Source: an uncultured Trueperaceae bacterium
Lineage (GTDB): Bacteria > Deinococcota > Deinococci > Deinococcales > Trueperaceae
Length of the DNA stretch: 64,000 nucleotides
Reading direction: 5' to 3'
NCBI GenBank assembly: GCA_963815215.1
Contig: CAWFFU010000008.1
Coordinates: 96,001 to 160,000 of the forward strand
Part shown: in pieces, positions 10,527-20,307 of the stretch
Numbering within the stretch: position 1 is the stretch's first letter
Layout of the letters: each line of letters opens with the position of its first letter
Program-made: the position numbers and the translations under genes
Notes under the pieces: generated by a model
The model's database searches: none
Told to the model about the DNA's origin: nothing
What the model saw: the letters and a program-made list of their open reading frames with translations, nothing else

Positions 10527-11467
10527 GGGGGCGCCGGCGCGAAATCGCGGGCGAGCGCCAGCACGACGCTCTCCAGCGCCCACTCCGGGTCCCCGCCGCT
10601 CTTGGCACGGCGGTCGGCGTCGAGCAGCAGATGGAGCGTCCGGCGGAGGCTCGCCTCGTTGAAGTGTCCGGCGATGGCGAGCGCACGCCGCGCCGCGGTG
10701 GGGTGGGCGCCGAGCGCCGCGGCCGCGCGACCGACGTCGAGCTTCGGCTCGGCGGCACGCAGCGCCACTGCCTTGGCGACCAGCCCGAACTGCCAGGTCA
10801 GCGCCCCGAACACCCGCTGGGGCGCCTCGCCGTGCTCGAGCACGGCCCGCGCCACTGATAGGGCGCCGGCGGCGTCGCCGGCCACCATTCGCTCGATCAG
10901 GTCGAAGGCGTTGCGCGCCGCCGGCCGGTTGGCCAGCGCCCGGACCCGCTCGGCGTCGATCTCCTCGTCGAGCACCGCCAGCTTGACGATCTCAGAGGCG
11001 ATGGCGGCGGGGTCCTCGCCGAACAGGTCGGCGAGCGTCTGGGGCACGTCTCTCTGGAAGCGCACACCGGCGGCCTTCAGCTCGGACGCCACCCAACCCG
11101 GCAGCCGCTCGTAGCGCGGCGTCGGCCGGTGGTCCAGCGCGCCGAGCGCGCGGTAGCGCTTGTGCCGGGCGGCGGTGGCGCTGCTGTCGAGCACCACCAC
11201 CAAGGCTGCGTCGTCAAGCTGCTCCAGCGCGGCGATGGCCTGGTTGCGCGGCTGCACGCCCGCCTGCCCGCTGAAGGCCTCGTCGAAATCGAGGAACAGC
11301 GCCACCTGCCCGAACAGGCCGCCCTGGGAGGCGGCGCGCGCCACCTCAGCGGGCTCCAGCCCTTCCCCGAAGACGACGATGTCGCTCCCGGCCACGCCAC
11401 GCTCGGCGAGCGCCTGCCTCGCGGCACGGCGTGCCAGGAAGGGATCTCCGCTGAAGGACAGGATCAC
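10487..11467 (-). CDS. holA: DNA polymerase III delta subunit
   Basis: GDPFL, GLFG, EIVKLA, NAFDLIE and [12 protein letters not shown] motifs. Lies downstream of comEC, its usual neighbour. Confidence 0.85.
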   Translation of the reverse strand: MILSFSGDPFLARRAARQALAERGVAGSDIVVFGEGLEPAEVARAASQGGLFGQVALFLDFDEAFSGQAGVQPRNQAIAALEQLDDAALVVVLDSSATAARHKRYRALGALDHRPTPRYERLPGWVASELKAAGVRFQRDVPQTLADLFGEDPAAIASEIVKLAVLDEEIDAERVRALANRPAARNAFDLIERMVAGDAAGALSVARAVLEHGEAPQRVFGALTWQFGLVAKAVALRAAEPKLDVGRAAAALGAHPTAARRALAIAGHFNEASLRRTLHLLLDADRRAKSGGDPEWALESVVLALARDFAPAPPQSSASGPGDHAR

Positions 11468-11478
11468 GTCGGGGGCGT

Positions 11479-12228
11479 TCAGGCCCGGCTGGGAACCAGG
11501 CTCAGCGCGTCACGCATGGCGCTGGCGCTCTCGAAGCGGTCGCCCGGGTCACGGCTGAGTCCCTGCATCACGATGTCCCGGAGCCCGCCCGCGCTGCCGG
11601 GAAGGGCATCGAGCGGCACCCGGTCGTCGCCGGCCAAGAAGCGCAGCACCTGCCGGCCGTAGGGGGGCGCGCCGCTGAGCATGTGGTACAGCACGGCGGC
11701 CGTGGCGTACAGGTCGGAGCGTGGATCGGTCCGAACGCCCTTGAATTGCTCCGGCGCCATGTAGTTGGGCGTCCCCAGTGCCATGTGCTGGCCGGTGATG
11801 GCGGTGAGCGCCAGGTCCTTGGCGAAGCCGAAGTCGGTCAGCATCGCCCGCTCCCCCTTGATGAGGATGTTGCCGGGCTTCACGTCCAGATGGATGATGC
11901 CCTCGCCGTGGGCGTAGCTGAGCGCGTCGAGCACGTCCCGCGCGATCTTGAGGCTGCGCCGGAGCGGCAACGGACCGCGCTCCAGCGCCTCGGCCAGGCT
12001 CACGCCGGGACAGTAGGCATAGACCAGCGCCCCGTCCTCGGCACCGAGGAGGGGCACGATGTTGTCGTGCTGGAGCTTGGCGATCACCTCGGCTTCACGT
12101 CGCAGGCGCTCCCCGAGCACCGGGTGGCTGCCCTGCAGACGCTTCACGACCACCAGCCGGTCGCGCCAGCGAGCGAGCTCGACCTTGATCGGGCCCTGCT
12201 CGGCCAGCACGCGAACAGTCGTGAGCAT
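11479..12228 (-). CDS. Minimal Hanks-type Ser/Thr protein kinase (kinase domain only)
   Basis: VVVK, REA, HLDVKPGN, DFG, GTPNYMAPE and SDLYA. An alternative in-frame ATG lies at 12288. Confidence 0.88.
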   Translation of the reverse strand: MLTTVRVLAEQGPIKVELARWRDRLVVVKRLQGSHPVLGERLRREAEVIAKLQHDNIVPLLGAEDGALVYAYCPGVSLAEALERGPLPLRRSLKIARDVLDALSYAHGEGIIHLDVKPGNILIKGERAMLTDFGFAKDLALTAITGQHMALGTPNYMAPEQFKGVRTDPRSDLYATAAVLYHMLSGAPPYGRQVLRFLAGDDRVPLDALPGSAGGLRDIVMQGLSRDPGDRFESASAMRDALSLVPSRA

Positions 12229-12399
12229 TGTGAACAATCTATCACACGCCCCGACCCGCGTCCTGGACTGCGCCTCTGCCCGCCTCATGGCGGCCCCCCT
12301 TCCTACACGAAGACGCCCGACCGTCGCCGAACGGAGATGGTCCACCGAGTCCTTTGCTTCTAAAGGTATCAGAAGCGACCCCGCCGTGCGTGACGACCA

Positions 12400-14676
12400 T
12401 CACCGTTCCGCCCCCTCCTGGACGGTACCACTGATCTCCAGGGGACCGCCTGCGGCCAACGGCAGCCGCAGCGCGCCACGCCGCAAGGTGGTGAGCACCT
12501 GCACGCCATGGCGTGCCAGCCGCTCCAACACGCCGGCATCGGGATGTCCGTAGCCGTTCTCGCCCACGGATACGACGGCCGCCCGTGGCCGGGCGGCCCG
12601 CAGCAGCGCTTCGGAAGTGCTGAAACGCGAGCCGTGGTGGGCCACCTTGACGACCGGCACGTGCGGCACCGCCAGCATCCGCTCCACCGAGGCCGGGGCG
12701 TCGCCGAGCATCAGCAGCTGCGGCGCGCCGCGGTAGCGGAGCAGCAAGGCCACCGAGTTCTCGTTGGTGGTGGGCAGTGGAAGCGCACCAGGGTGCAGCA
12801 CGTCGATCTCGACCGCTCCTCGGCCGCGCCCGAGCCGCCACCGCTCCGCGCGCACCGCCCGATGCACCGGGATCCCGCGCGACCGCGCGATGGCCCGCAG
12901 CCGACCGTCGATGGCAGCGTCGGGCCACGGCGGCCCCATCACCAGCGTGCCGACGGGGAGCGCCTCGAGCACGGTCGCGAGACCCTCGACGTGATCGAGA
13001 TCAGGGTGGGTGGCCACCACCACGTCGAGCGCACGCACGCCCAGGGCACGCAACGCCGGCAGCACCACGTCCGCGCCGATGTCGCGGTCCGAGAAGGGCG
13101 TGCCGCCGCCGTCGACCAGCACCTCGATGCGGCCGGGCAGGCGCAGAAGGGTGGCGTCGCCCTGTCCCACGTCGAGGAACACCACCTCGGGAGCCGGGTG
13201 GGCCGGCGGCACGGCCGCGCTCACCGTGCCCGCGCACAGGGCCACCAGCAGCGCGCGCCAGGGCCGCAGGCGACCGTGCAGGGCCAGCGCCAGACCGGCC
13301 AGGGCCACCGCGTAACAGCCGTGCCCGAGCGTCTCGACCTCGCCCCAGGGCAGGTGCGGCAGGCGGGCGCCGAGCGCGGCGACGGCCAGCAGCAGCGACG
13401 CGAGCGGGCCCACCAGGTGGTTGACGAGGCCTGCGGCGGCCGGCGCCGCCACCCCCACCACGGCCGCCAGGAAGCCCAGCGGCACCAGCACGCCCGCCAA
13501 CGGAACCGCTACGAGGTTGACCAGCGGCGACGCCAGCGGCACCCGACCGAAACTCCCGGCCACCAGCGAGAGGCTGGGGAGTTGCGCCGCCACGCTCGCC
13601 AGCAACGCCGGTAGCAACCAGCGCCGCAGCCGCGACCCGCCCCAGGGCCGACGCGCCCCCCGCGCCGCCGCCAGGCGGGCGAGCGGTGGCACGAACAGCA
13701 ACATGCCGATCACCGCGAGGTAGGAGAGCTGGAACGAGGCATCGGCGAGCTGGGCGGGCGCCAGCAACAGCGACACGCTTGCGGCCAGCGCCAACGACGG
13801 CCAGGCCTGGATACGCCCGTGCCCCGTCGCCAGCCCTGCCAGCCCGGCCAGCACCATGAGGGCCGCGCGCACGACGCTGGGCGTAGGGCCGACCAGTGCC
13901 ACGTACGCTACGGTGGCGACGGCCAGCAACGGGTAGCGCCGACGGCCGAGACCGGAGAGCGCGCGGCCGAGCGCCGCCATCAACACCCCGACATGCAGAC
14001 CCGACAACGCCAGCACGTGCGCCAGCCCGGCGGCGGCGAAGCGGTCGCGCAGGTCGCCCAGATCGTCGCGCACGCCCAGTGTCATGGCCTCCATCAGGGC
14101 CGCCTGGCGGGGCGCGAGGCCGCGTGTGGCCCCGCGCCGGAAGCGGGCCAGCAGCGGGGTGACGGGTTCGGCGCCGACGACCTGGCGTACCAGCAGCTGA
14201 CCCTCGATACCGCGCCGCGCCAGGTAGCCGCGGTAGTCGAAGCCGCCGGGGTTGCGCCGCACGGGCGCGCGCACCACCCGGCCGCGCACCGTCACCCGTC
14301 CGGCAGGCACCAGGCCGGCCGGGGCCAGAGCCAGCCGCAGACCGCGCGGAGAAGCGAGCCGCAACACCTTCCCGTCGCTGCGCCCGCGGTAGACCGCCTC
14401 GCCCCCCAGCAGCGGCGCCACCCGGTCCGGCCGGGCCTGCCAGGCCCACGAGCGCGCGCCACCGGCCACCAACCCGACGGCGACCAGCAGCCACCAACCG
14501 CGTGAGCGACCGGCGCCCGTGGGCGCCAGGGCGAGGGCGAGGGTGGCAGCTCCGAGGGCGAGCGCGAGCAGCGGCGTCACCCCCGCCAGCGCAACCCCCG
14601 CCGTGATGCCGCCGGCCAGCGGCAGCGCCCACGGTACGAAGCGCGACTCGCCCGCTACGCCTGCCGCGCCCGTCAC
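12400..14676 (-). CDS. comEC: DNA uptake channel ComEC/Rec2
   Basis: [27 protein letters not shown] and SFQLSY, plus a C-terminal MBL domain (DVGQGD, THPDLDH, KVAHHGS, GHP). Confidence 0.95.
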   Translation of the reverse strand: MTGAAGVAGESRFVPWALPLAGGITAGVALAGVTPLLALALGAATLALALAPTGAGRSRGWWLLVAVGLVAGGARSWAWQARPDRVAPLLGGEAVYRGRSDGKVLRLASPRGLRLALAPAGLVPAGRVTVRGRVVRAPVRRNPGGFDYRGYLARRGIEGQLLVRQVVGAEPVTPLLARFRRGATRGLAPRQAALMEAMTLGVRDDLGDLRDRFAAAGLAHVLALSGLHVGVLMAALGRALSGLGRRRYPLLAVATVAYVALVGPTPSVVRAALMVLAGLAGLATGHGRIQAWPSLALAASVSLLLAPAQLADASFQLSYLAVIGMLLFVPPLARLAAARGARRPWGGSRLRRWLLPALLASVAAQLPSLSLVAGSFGRVPLASPLVNLVAVPLAGVLVPLGFLAAVVGVAAPAAAGLVNHLVGPLASLLLAVAALGARLPHLPWGEVETLGHGCYAVALAGLALALHGRLRPWRALLVALCAGTVSAAVPPAHPAPEVVFLDVGQGDATLLRLPGRIEVLVDGGGTPFSDRDIGADVVLPALRALGVRALDVVVATHPDLDHVEGLATVLEALPVGTLVMGPPWPDAAIDGRLRAIARSRGIPVHRAVRAERWRLGRGRGAVEIDVLHPGALPLPTTNENSVALLLRYRGAPQLLMLGDAPASVERMLAVPHVPVVKVAHHGSRFSTSEALLRAARPRAAVVSVGENGYGHPDAGVLERLARHGVQVLTTLRRGALRLPLAAGGPLEISGTVQEGAER

Positions 14677-15170
14677 AGCCTCAGCCGCGGACGGAGCGCC
14701 GCCAACGTCTTCGGGCCGATGCCGGGAACGCGCAGCAGGTCGTCCACGGTAGCGAACGGCCTGGCCGCCACGATGCGTCGTGCCAGCGTCGGGCCGATGC
14801 CGGGCAGGCGGACGAGCGTCGCGGCGTCGGCCTCATTGAGGCGCACCCGCGGGTCGCCGTTCCCGGCAACGGCGCGCGGCACTTGCACCACCTCACCGTC
14901 GGTCAGGGGAGCGGCCAGCGCGACCAGCTCGCGCGCGGCGCCGGGCAACGGACCGCCGGCGGCACCGACCAGGTCGGCCACACGCGCGCCCCACGGCAAC
15001 CGGTAGACGCCGGGGTGGGCCACGGCTCCCTCGATGGAGGCGGAGATCTCGGACCGCTCGACGCGCAGCGGCACAGGCCGCTCCACGAGCCGCGGGAGCA
15101 GCGTGAGCGCGGCCAGCGCTGCGCAGGCAACCAGCAGCGCCGCAGTCAGTGCGTTCTCGCCGAGGCGCAT
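14673..15170 (-). CDS. comEA: ComEA DNA-binding competence protein (SLBB + HhH)
   Basis: GAVAHPGVYRLP, LPGIGPTLA and VPGIGPKT. Overlaps the comEC start by 4 nt. Confidence 0.92.
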   Translation of the reverse strand: MRLGENALTAALLVACAALAALTLLPRLVERPVPLRVERSEISASIEGAVAHPGVYRLPWGARVADLVGAAGGPLPGAARELVALAAPLTDGEVVQVPRAVAGNGDPRVRLNEADAATLVRLPGIGPTLARRIVAARPFATVDDLLRVPGIGPKTLAALRPRLRL

Positions 15171-15314
15171 GCCCCAAACTAGAGCCACCGCGCCCGCCCC
15201 GCGCGGCCGATGCCGGCGCCTGCCGGGCGCCGCTCGGCACGCGAAGGGCCGGAGCGCATCCACGCTCCGGCCCAGCGGCCGCCGCCTCCCTGGCGGCGAC
15301 GGATCAACGCAGGC

Positions 15315-15926
15315 TCAGTCGGCCGCTGCGAACTTCTCCGCGACCTTGTCCCAGTTCACGACGTTCCAGAAGGCCTCGATGTAGGCCGGCCGGCGGTTCT
15401 GGTAGTTGAGGTAGTAGGCATGCTCCCACACGTCCAGACCCAGGATGGGGGTATGGCCGTTCATCAACGGCGAGTCCTGGTTCGCCGTGGAGTAGACCTG
15501 CAGCCTGCCGAAGGCGTCCACCACCAGCCACGCCCAGCCCGACCCGAAGCGGCTGGCCGCGGCGCCCGCGAACGCCTGCTTGAAGGCATCGAAGCCGCCG
15601 AAGGTCTGGTTGATGGCCGTGGCCAGGTCGCCGCCGGGCTGGCCGCCGCCCTGAGGCCCCATGATCTGCCAGAACAGTGAGTGGTTGGCGAAACCGCCGC
15701 CGTTGTTGCGCACGGCGGTCTGGATGTCGGCAGGTACGCTGTCGAGGTTGCCGAGCAGGTCCTCGACGCTCTTGTCGCCGAGCTCTGGGTGCTTCTCGAG
15801 CGCCCCGTTCAGGTTGTTGGTGTAGCCGGCATGGTGCTTGTCGTGGTGGATCTCCATCGTCCGCGCGTCGATGTGCGGCTCGAGGGCATCCTTCGCGTAC
15901 GGTAGATCGGGCAGCTTGAAGGCCAT
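15315..15926 (-). CDS. sodA: Mn/Fe superoxide dismutase (Mn-type residues)
   Basis: LPDLPY, HHDKHH, NNGGG, FGSGWAW, NQD and [17 protein letters not shown]. Confidence 0.96.
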   Translation of the reverse strand: MAFKLPDLPYAKDALEPHIDARTMEIHHDKHHAGYTNNLNGALEKHPELGDKSVEDLLGNLDSVPADIQTAVRNNGGGFANHSLFWQIMGPQGGGQPGGDLATAINQTFGGFDAFKQAFAGAAASRFGSGWAWLVVDAFGRLQVYSTANQDSPLMNGHTPILGLDVWEHAYYLNYQNRRPAYIEAFWNVVNWDKVAEKFAAAD

Positions 15927-16049
15927 GCTTCTCCTCTCGTGCGTGCGTGGGAAAATCAGGGCGAACCGGATGAACCTCCGGATTGGGACGAGTCTAGCAA
16001 GGTGTGTGTCAGACCACGTTTTCCGGGCCAACATTGGGGCTGTCGCGCC

Positions 16050-16571
16050 TCACCCGCCGCCCCGTGCCTCGGCTGCGGCCTGGCGGTAGGCGTCCTCGTC
16101 GGCGGCGGAGAAACACACCATCAGCACCCGCTCGGGGAGCGCATGCGCGGATAGGAAGTCGCGCACCGCGGCGAGCGCCACCGGCGCGGCGCGCTCGACG
16201 GGGTAGCCGTAGGCCCCGGTGCTGATCGACGGGAACGCTACCGACCGGAGCCCCGCTTCCTCGGCGATCTCGAGCGAGCGCCGGTAGCAACTCGCCAGCT
16301 TCTCCGCCTCACCCGATCCACCGCCGTCCCAGACCGGACCCACAGCGTGGATGACGTGAGCGGCGGGCAGCAGGTACCCACCCGTCAGCCTGGCGTCGCC
16401 GGTGGCGCAGCCGCCCAGGGTGCGGCACTCCGCGAGCAGCGCCGGACCCGCCGCGCGGTGGATAGCGCCGTCCACGCCCCCTCCGCCCAACAGGCTGCCG
16501 TTCGCCGCATTGACGATGGCGTCGACCGGAAGACGTGTGATGTCGTCTCGCACGATCTCGATGCGGTCCAT
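16050..16571 (-). CDS. Macrodomain O-acetyl-ADP-ribose deacetylase (YmdB-like)
   Basis: [24 protein letters not shown] and ISTGAYGYP. Confidence 0.93.
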   Translation of the reverse strand: MDRIEIVRDDITRLPVDAIVNAANGSLLGGGGVDGAIHRAAGPALLAECRTLGGCATGDARLTGGYLLPAAHVIHAVGPVWDGGGSGEAEKLASCYRRSLEIAEEAGLRSVAFPSISTGAYGYPVERAAPVALAAVRDFLSAHALPERVLMVCFSAADEDAYRQAAAEARGGG

Positions 16572-16616
16572 GGCGATCTCCTTCGACCGAGCCCAACTCG
16601 CCGCCCCACGTCGCGC

Positions 16617-17636
16617 TCAGGCCGTGAGGCGCACAACGACGCGGCCGACGACGGCGCCGACCAGGATGTCCTCGATGGCGGCCTCGAGCCCGTCGAGATC
16701 CACCTCGGTGACCAGCCCCGGCACGTCGGCCAACCCCTCGACCCGCCACGGTCCGGCCAAGTGCCGCCACATCGCCTGCCGCCGTTCCATGGGGTAGTGC
16801 TGCGAGTCGATGCCGAGCAGTGCGACGCCGCGCAGGATGAACGGGAACACGCTGATGTTGAGGTCGGCCCCGCCCACCATGCCGCAGGCCGCAACGGCAC
16901 CCCCCACCTCGGTGCGCTTCAGCAATCCCGCCAGCGTGTCGCCCCCGACCGTGTCGATCCCGCCACCGTAGAGGCCCTTCAGCATCGGCCGGGCGGTCGG
17001 GGTGGCGAGCGCATCGCGCTCCAGCACCTCCTCGGCACCGAGCTGCGCCAACAGCGGATAGGCGCGCTGGGTGCCGCTGCTGGCGACCACCCGGAAACCC
17101 GCCTTCGCCAGCAGCGCCACCGCCAGCGTCCCAACGCCGCCGGAAGCGCCGGTCACCACGTAGGGTCCACGCTCCGGCGAGGCACCGAGGTGCTGGAGCA
17201 ACTCGAGCCCGATGCCAGCCGTGAGTCCGGCGGTCCCAAGCACCATGGCGTCGCGCTCGTCGAGTCCGTCGGGCAGCGGGACCAGCCATTCGCCGGGCAC
17301 TCGGATCAGCTCGCTGAAGCCGCCCGCCGTGTCCATCCCTAGGTCGAAGCCGGTGCACAGCACCCGGTCGCCGGGCGCGAAGCGGGGATCGCGCGAGGCC
17401 AGCACGGTCCCCGCTGCGTCGATGCCGGGCGTGTGCGGGTAGTTGCGCGTCACGCCGCGATTGCCGCTGGCCGACAGCGCGTCCTTGTAGTTGAGCGAGG
17501 AGTACGCCACCCGCACGGTGACTGCGTGATCGGGCAGGGTGTCGGTGGCGAGCTGCGCGACCGAGCGGTGGGCCCGTTCACCGTCCAGCTCGACGCGCAG
17601 CGCGCGGAAGGTGGCGGGCACGTCGATGGAGGCCAT
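16617..17636 (-). CDS. YhdH/AcuI family MDR oxidoreductase (acryloyl-CoA reductase-like)
   Basis: YSSLNYKDAL, PGIDAAG, GTAGLTA, TGASGGVG and PFILRGV. Confidence 0.92.
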   Translation of the reverse strand: MASIDVPATFRALRVELDGERAHRSVAQLATDTLPDHAVTVRVAYSSLNYKDALSASGNRGVTRNYPHTPGIDAAGTVLASRDPRFAPGDRVLCTGFDLGMDTAGGFSELIRVPGEWLVPLPDGLDERDAMVLGTAGLTAGIGLELLQHLGASPERGPYVVTGASGGVGTLAVALLAKAGFRVVASSGTQRAYPLLAQLGAEEVLERDALATPTARPMLKGLYGGGIDTVGGDTLAGLLKRTEVGGAVAACGMVGGADLNISVFPFILRGVALLGIDSQHYPMERRQAMWRHLAGPWRVEGLADVPGLVTEVDLDGLEAAIEDILVGAVVGRVVVRLTA

Positions 17637-17731
17637 GGATCCATGCTACCGCGCGTCGGCGCAGCCCCGGCAAGCGCCGGGGTCACGCCAGAACGACCGC
17701 TTCTCACGCGACCTCCTGTAGACTGCGGACC

Positions 17732-18406
17732 ATGAACCCGAGAAGGCTAACGCTCGTGACCGTCATCGTCGCGATCGTGGTGCTGGCGGCGGTTGTGGTC
17801 GTGCCGCGCCTCACCTCGAGCAGAACCCAGCCGACCGCTTCGAGCTCGAGCAGCTCGAGCGCCACCCTCACGTACGATGGACAGCCCGCCATCGGCAACG
17901 CCAACGCCCCGGTGAAGATCGCGCTGTTCGAGGACTTCCTGTGCCCGCACTGCGCCGAGTTCAGCGATCAGGTGTGGCCGCAGATCAAGCGCGCGTACAT
18001 CGATACCGGCAAGGCCAGGGCGGTGTACTTCTACTTCCCCGTCATCGACCAGGTGCAATCGCGGGTCATCGGCGGGCTCGGGCAGTGCGTCTACCTGCAG
18101 AGCAACGACGCCTTCTGGCAGCTCGAGCAGATCCTGATGCGCACGCAGCAGCAGCTCATGAACACGCCCCGGGCGATCGACATCGCCACCCAGTACGCTC
18201 CCGGACTGAACCGACAGCAACTCCAGACGTGCGTCGACAACGGCACCGGAGCGAAGGTGGTCGACAAGGACAACGCACTGGGACGGTCGCTGGGCGTCCA
18301 GGGGACGCCGACCGTGTTCGTCAACGGCAAGATGGTCACGAACGCCAGCTGGGACTCCGTGAAGAAGGCCATCGACGACGCTCTGGCTTCATCGTCCGGC
18401 GGCTGA
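17732..18406 (+). CDS. Membrane-anchored DsbA/BdbD-family thiol-disulfide oxidoreductase
   Basis: N-terminal TM segment, Ser-rich linker, DFLCPHC and GVQGTPT. Confidence 0.9.
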   Translation: MNPRRLTLVTVIVAIVVLAAVVVVPRLTSSRTQPTASSSSSSSATLTYDGQPAIGNANAPVKIALFEDFLCPHCAEFSDQVWPQIKRAYIDTGKARAVYFYFPVIDQVQSRVIGGLGQCVYLQSNDAFWQLEQILMRTQQQLMNTPRAIDIATQYAPGLNRQQLQTCVDNGTGAKVVDKDNALGRSLGVQGTPTVFVNGKMVTNASWDSVKKAIDDALASSSGG

Positions 18407-18816
18407 TGAATCGGAACACCAACCTCTACCTCGCCTGGCTGGTGGCGCTCGCCGCCACCCTGGGGAGCCTGTACTTCTCCGAGGTGCGCCACTTCGTGCC
18501 CTGCACGCTGTGCTGGTACCAGCGCATCTTGATGTACCCGCTGGCGATCGTGCTCGGCATCGCCAGCTACCGGCAGGACGGGGCCGTGCGCGGCTACGTG
18601 CTGCCACTGTCGGTGCTCGGCATGGGATTCGCCACCTACCACGTGCTCGAGCAGAACATCCCCGGCTTCGGCTCGCCGGCGCTGTGTCGCGCCGGCATCC
18701 CCTGCAGCCTCCACTACATCCACTGGCTCGGCTTCATCACCATCCCTGTGCTGTCGCTGACGGCATTCACGTTGATCACCGTGCTGCTGTCCACGATGCG
18801 CGGGCGTCGGGCGTGA
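18406..18816 (+). CDS. Disulfide bond formation protein BdbC/DsbB family
   Basis: [21 protein letters not shown] and a second Cys pair. TGATG coupling to the upstream gene. Confidence 0.92.
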   Translation: MNRNTNLYLAWLVALAATLGSLYFSEVRHFVPCTLCWYQRILMYPLAIVLGIASYRQDGAVRGYVLPLSVLGMGFATYHVLEQNIPGFGSPALCRAGIPCSLHYIHWLGFITIPVLSLTAFTLITVLLSTMRGRRA

Positions 18817-19298
18817 GCAACTACCGCCGCGCTCTGGCGTTCCACCTGCGCATCGGCGACCGGCCACCACCGGCGCCGACCACGCCCGATGCCGCCACCC
18901 TGGCGCTGCGGCTCCGCCTGCTGCGCGAGGAGGCGCAAGAAGCGCAGGAGGCGCTGACGGCGCTGGCGGACGCGCCCCGGCCGGTCGCCGACGAAGCGCC
19001 GGCCGGCCCCGGCCGGCGCGCCGCCGCCGAGGCGGCCGCGGCCCACGAGCTGGCCGACCTGCTGTACGTCGTCTACGGCACCTTCGTGGCGTTGGGCGTC
19101 GATGCGGACGAGGTCTTCGCGGAGATCCACGAGGCCAACCTGCGCAAGGCCGGGGCGCCGCGCAGGCCGGACGGTAAGCAGCTCAGGCCCGACGGCTGGC
19201 GGCCTGCAGACGTGAGCGCCGTGCTGGAGCGCCAGCGCGCGGGCGCCCCCCAGGGGCGCATCATCGACGAGCTCGAGGGGGCGCGCGCCGGCGGCTGA
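18813..19298 (+). CDS. MazG-like all-alpha NTP pyrophosphohydrolase (DR2231/PRA-PH-like)
   Basis: LLREEAQE, HELADLLYVVYG, EIHEANLRK and RPDGKQLRPDGW. GTGA overlap. Confidence 0.85.
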   Translation: MSNYRRALAFHLRIGDRPPPAPTTPDAATLALRLRLLREEAQEAQEALTALADAPRPVADEAPAGPGRRAAAEAAAAHELADLLYVVYGTFVALGVDADEVFAEIHEANLRKAGAPRRPDGKQLRPDGWRPADVSAVLERQRAGAPQGRIIDELEGARAGG

Positions 19299-19314
19299 GG
19301 CGTCCTGCCGCGGC

Positions 19315-20202
19315 TCAGGTCTCCGCCACCACTTCGACGCCCGCCCCCACCGGCGGCGGCGGCGTGAAGCGCTGCTCGAAGCGCCGCCGGAACTCCCGCC
19401 ACGCGTCCTCGCCGTGCGGGCGCCCCTGCTCTTCGCACCACATCAGGAACGGGACCAGGTAGGAGCGAGCGTTGCGCAGCTCCTCCAGGAAGATGTGGGC
19501 GCTCAGTCCGCCACCGTCCAGATAGCCGCTCTCGGAGAACGCGCGCAAGGCCGCGTCCCGGTCGTACGGGACACGCCTGAACTGCATCTCCCAGGCGCCG
19601 CCCTCGAGGGTCAACAGCAGGTACTGGGCGCGCGGGTCGCCGTTGAACGGCGAGCCGACCGCGCCGGTGTTGAGCACCAGGTAGTGGCCCCAGCGCCGCA
19701 GCAGCGGGCGATGGGTGTGGGAGCCAACCAGCACGTCTGCCGGGTGCATCTGCGTGATCTCGGAGATCGCCTCGTCGGTGAGGAACTTGCCGTAGCCCTC
19801 GCGGTAGTGCCGGGGGCTGCCGTGTGCGATCAGCAGGCTTGGCGCCCCCGCCACGGAGACGCGCAGCGTCATCGGCAGACGTCGGATCGTCTCGATGAGC
19901 CCCGCCGCCCGGAGCCGGCCGGCGGCCCATCCCGCGCTCGCCCAGAAGGGGTCGTCGAACCACTCGCCGGGCAGGCTCGGGTCGTGGTCGACCCACATGC
20001 GCATCAGGTCGTCGTGGTTGCCGAGCGTGCCGTTCGCCTCGCGCTCACCCAGCAGCCGCATCGCCTCCACGTTGCCGGGGCCGCGGTTGACGACGTCGCC
20101 GTTGACCACCAGACGATCCGCCCCCAGCCGATCGATGTCCTCCAGAACGGCCTCCAGCGCCGGAACGTTGGCGTGGATGTCGGCGATGACGGCCACCCTC
20201 AC
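19315..20202 (-). CDS. Calcineurin-like metallophosphoesterase
   Basis: DIHAN, GDVV, GNHD, HGSP, SHTH and NTGAVG. Confidence 0.92.
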   Translation of the reverse strand: MRVAVIADIHANVPALEAVLEDIDRLGADRLVVNGDVVNRGPGNVEAMRLLGEREANGTLGNHDDLMRMWVDHDPSLPGEWFDDPFWASAGWAAGRLRAAGLIETIRRLPMTLRVSVAGAPSLLIAHGSPRHYREGYGKFLTDEAISEITQMHPADVLVGSHTHRPLLRRWGHYLVLNTGAVGSPFNGDPRAQYLLLTLEGGAWEMQFRRVPYDRDAALRAFSESGYLDGGGLSAHIFLEELRNARSYLVPFLMWCEEQGRPHGEDAWREFRRRFEQRFTPPPPVGAGVEVVAET

Positions 20203-20307
20203 GGTTCACCACTCTAGCAGGCGCCTCATGACGCCGGAGGCTCCGCCCCCGGGGTCCGAAAAGCCACGGACGGCCGCCGTCGGTCGGCTTACAATGGGCC
20301 CCCTGCC

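Noticed and set aside
8868..10583. Long antisense or alternative-frame ORFs (e.g. 8868-10583, 13001-14632, 32000-33964, 39916-41874, 49001-50869)
   Set aside because: They shadow well-supported genes, are Arg/Gly/Ala/Pro-rich or antisense-type in composition, and have no motifs. Such ORFs are expected in high-GC DNA.
16050..20202. Macrodomain, MazG-like and metallophosphoesterase genes as an anti-phage defence system
   Set aside because: They lie in different transcription units among housekeeping genes, look like the ordinary YmdB, DR2231 and phosphoesterase types, and have no defence partners.
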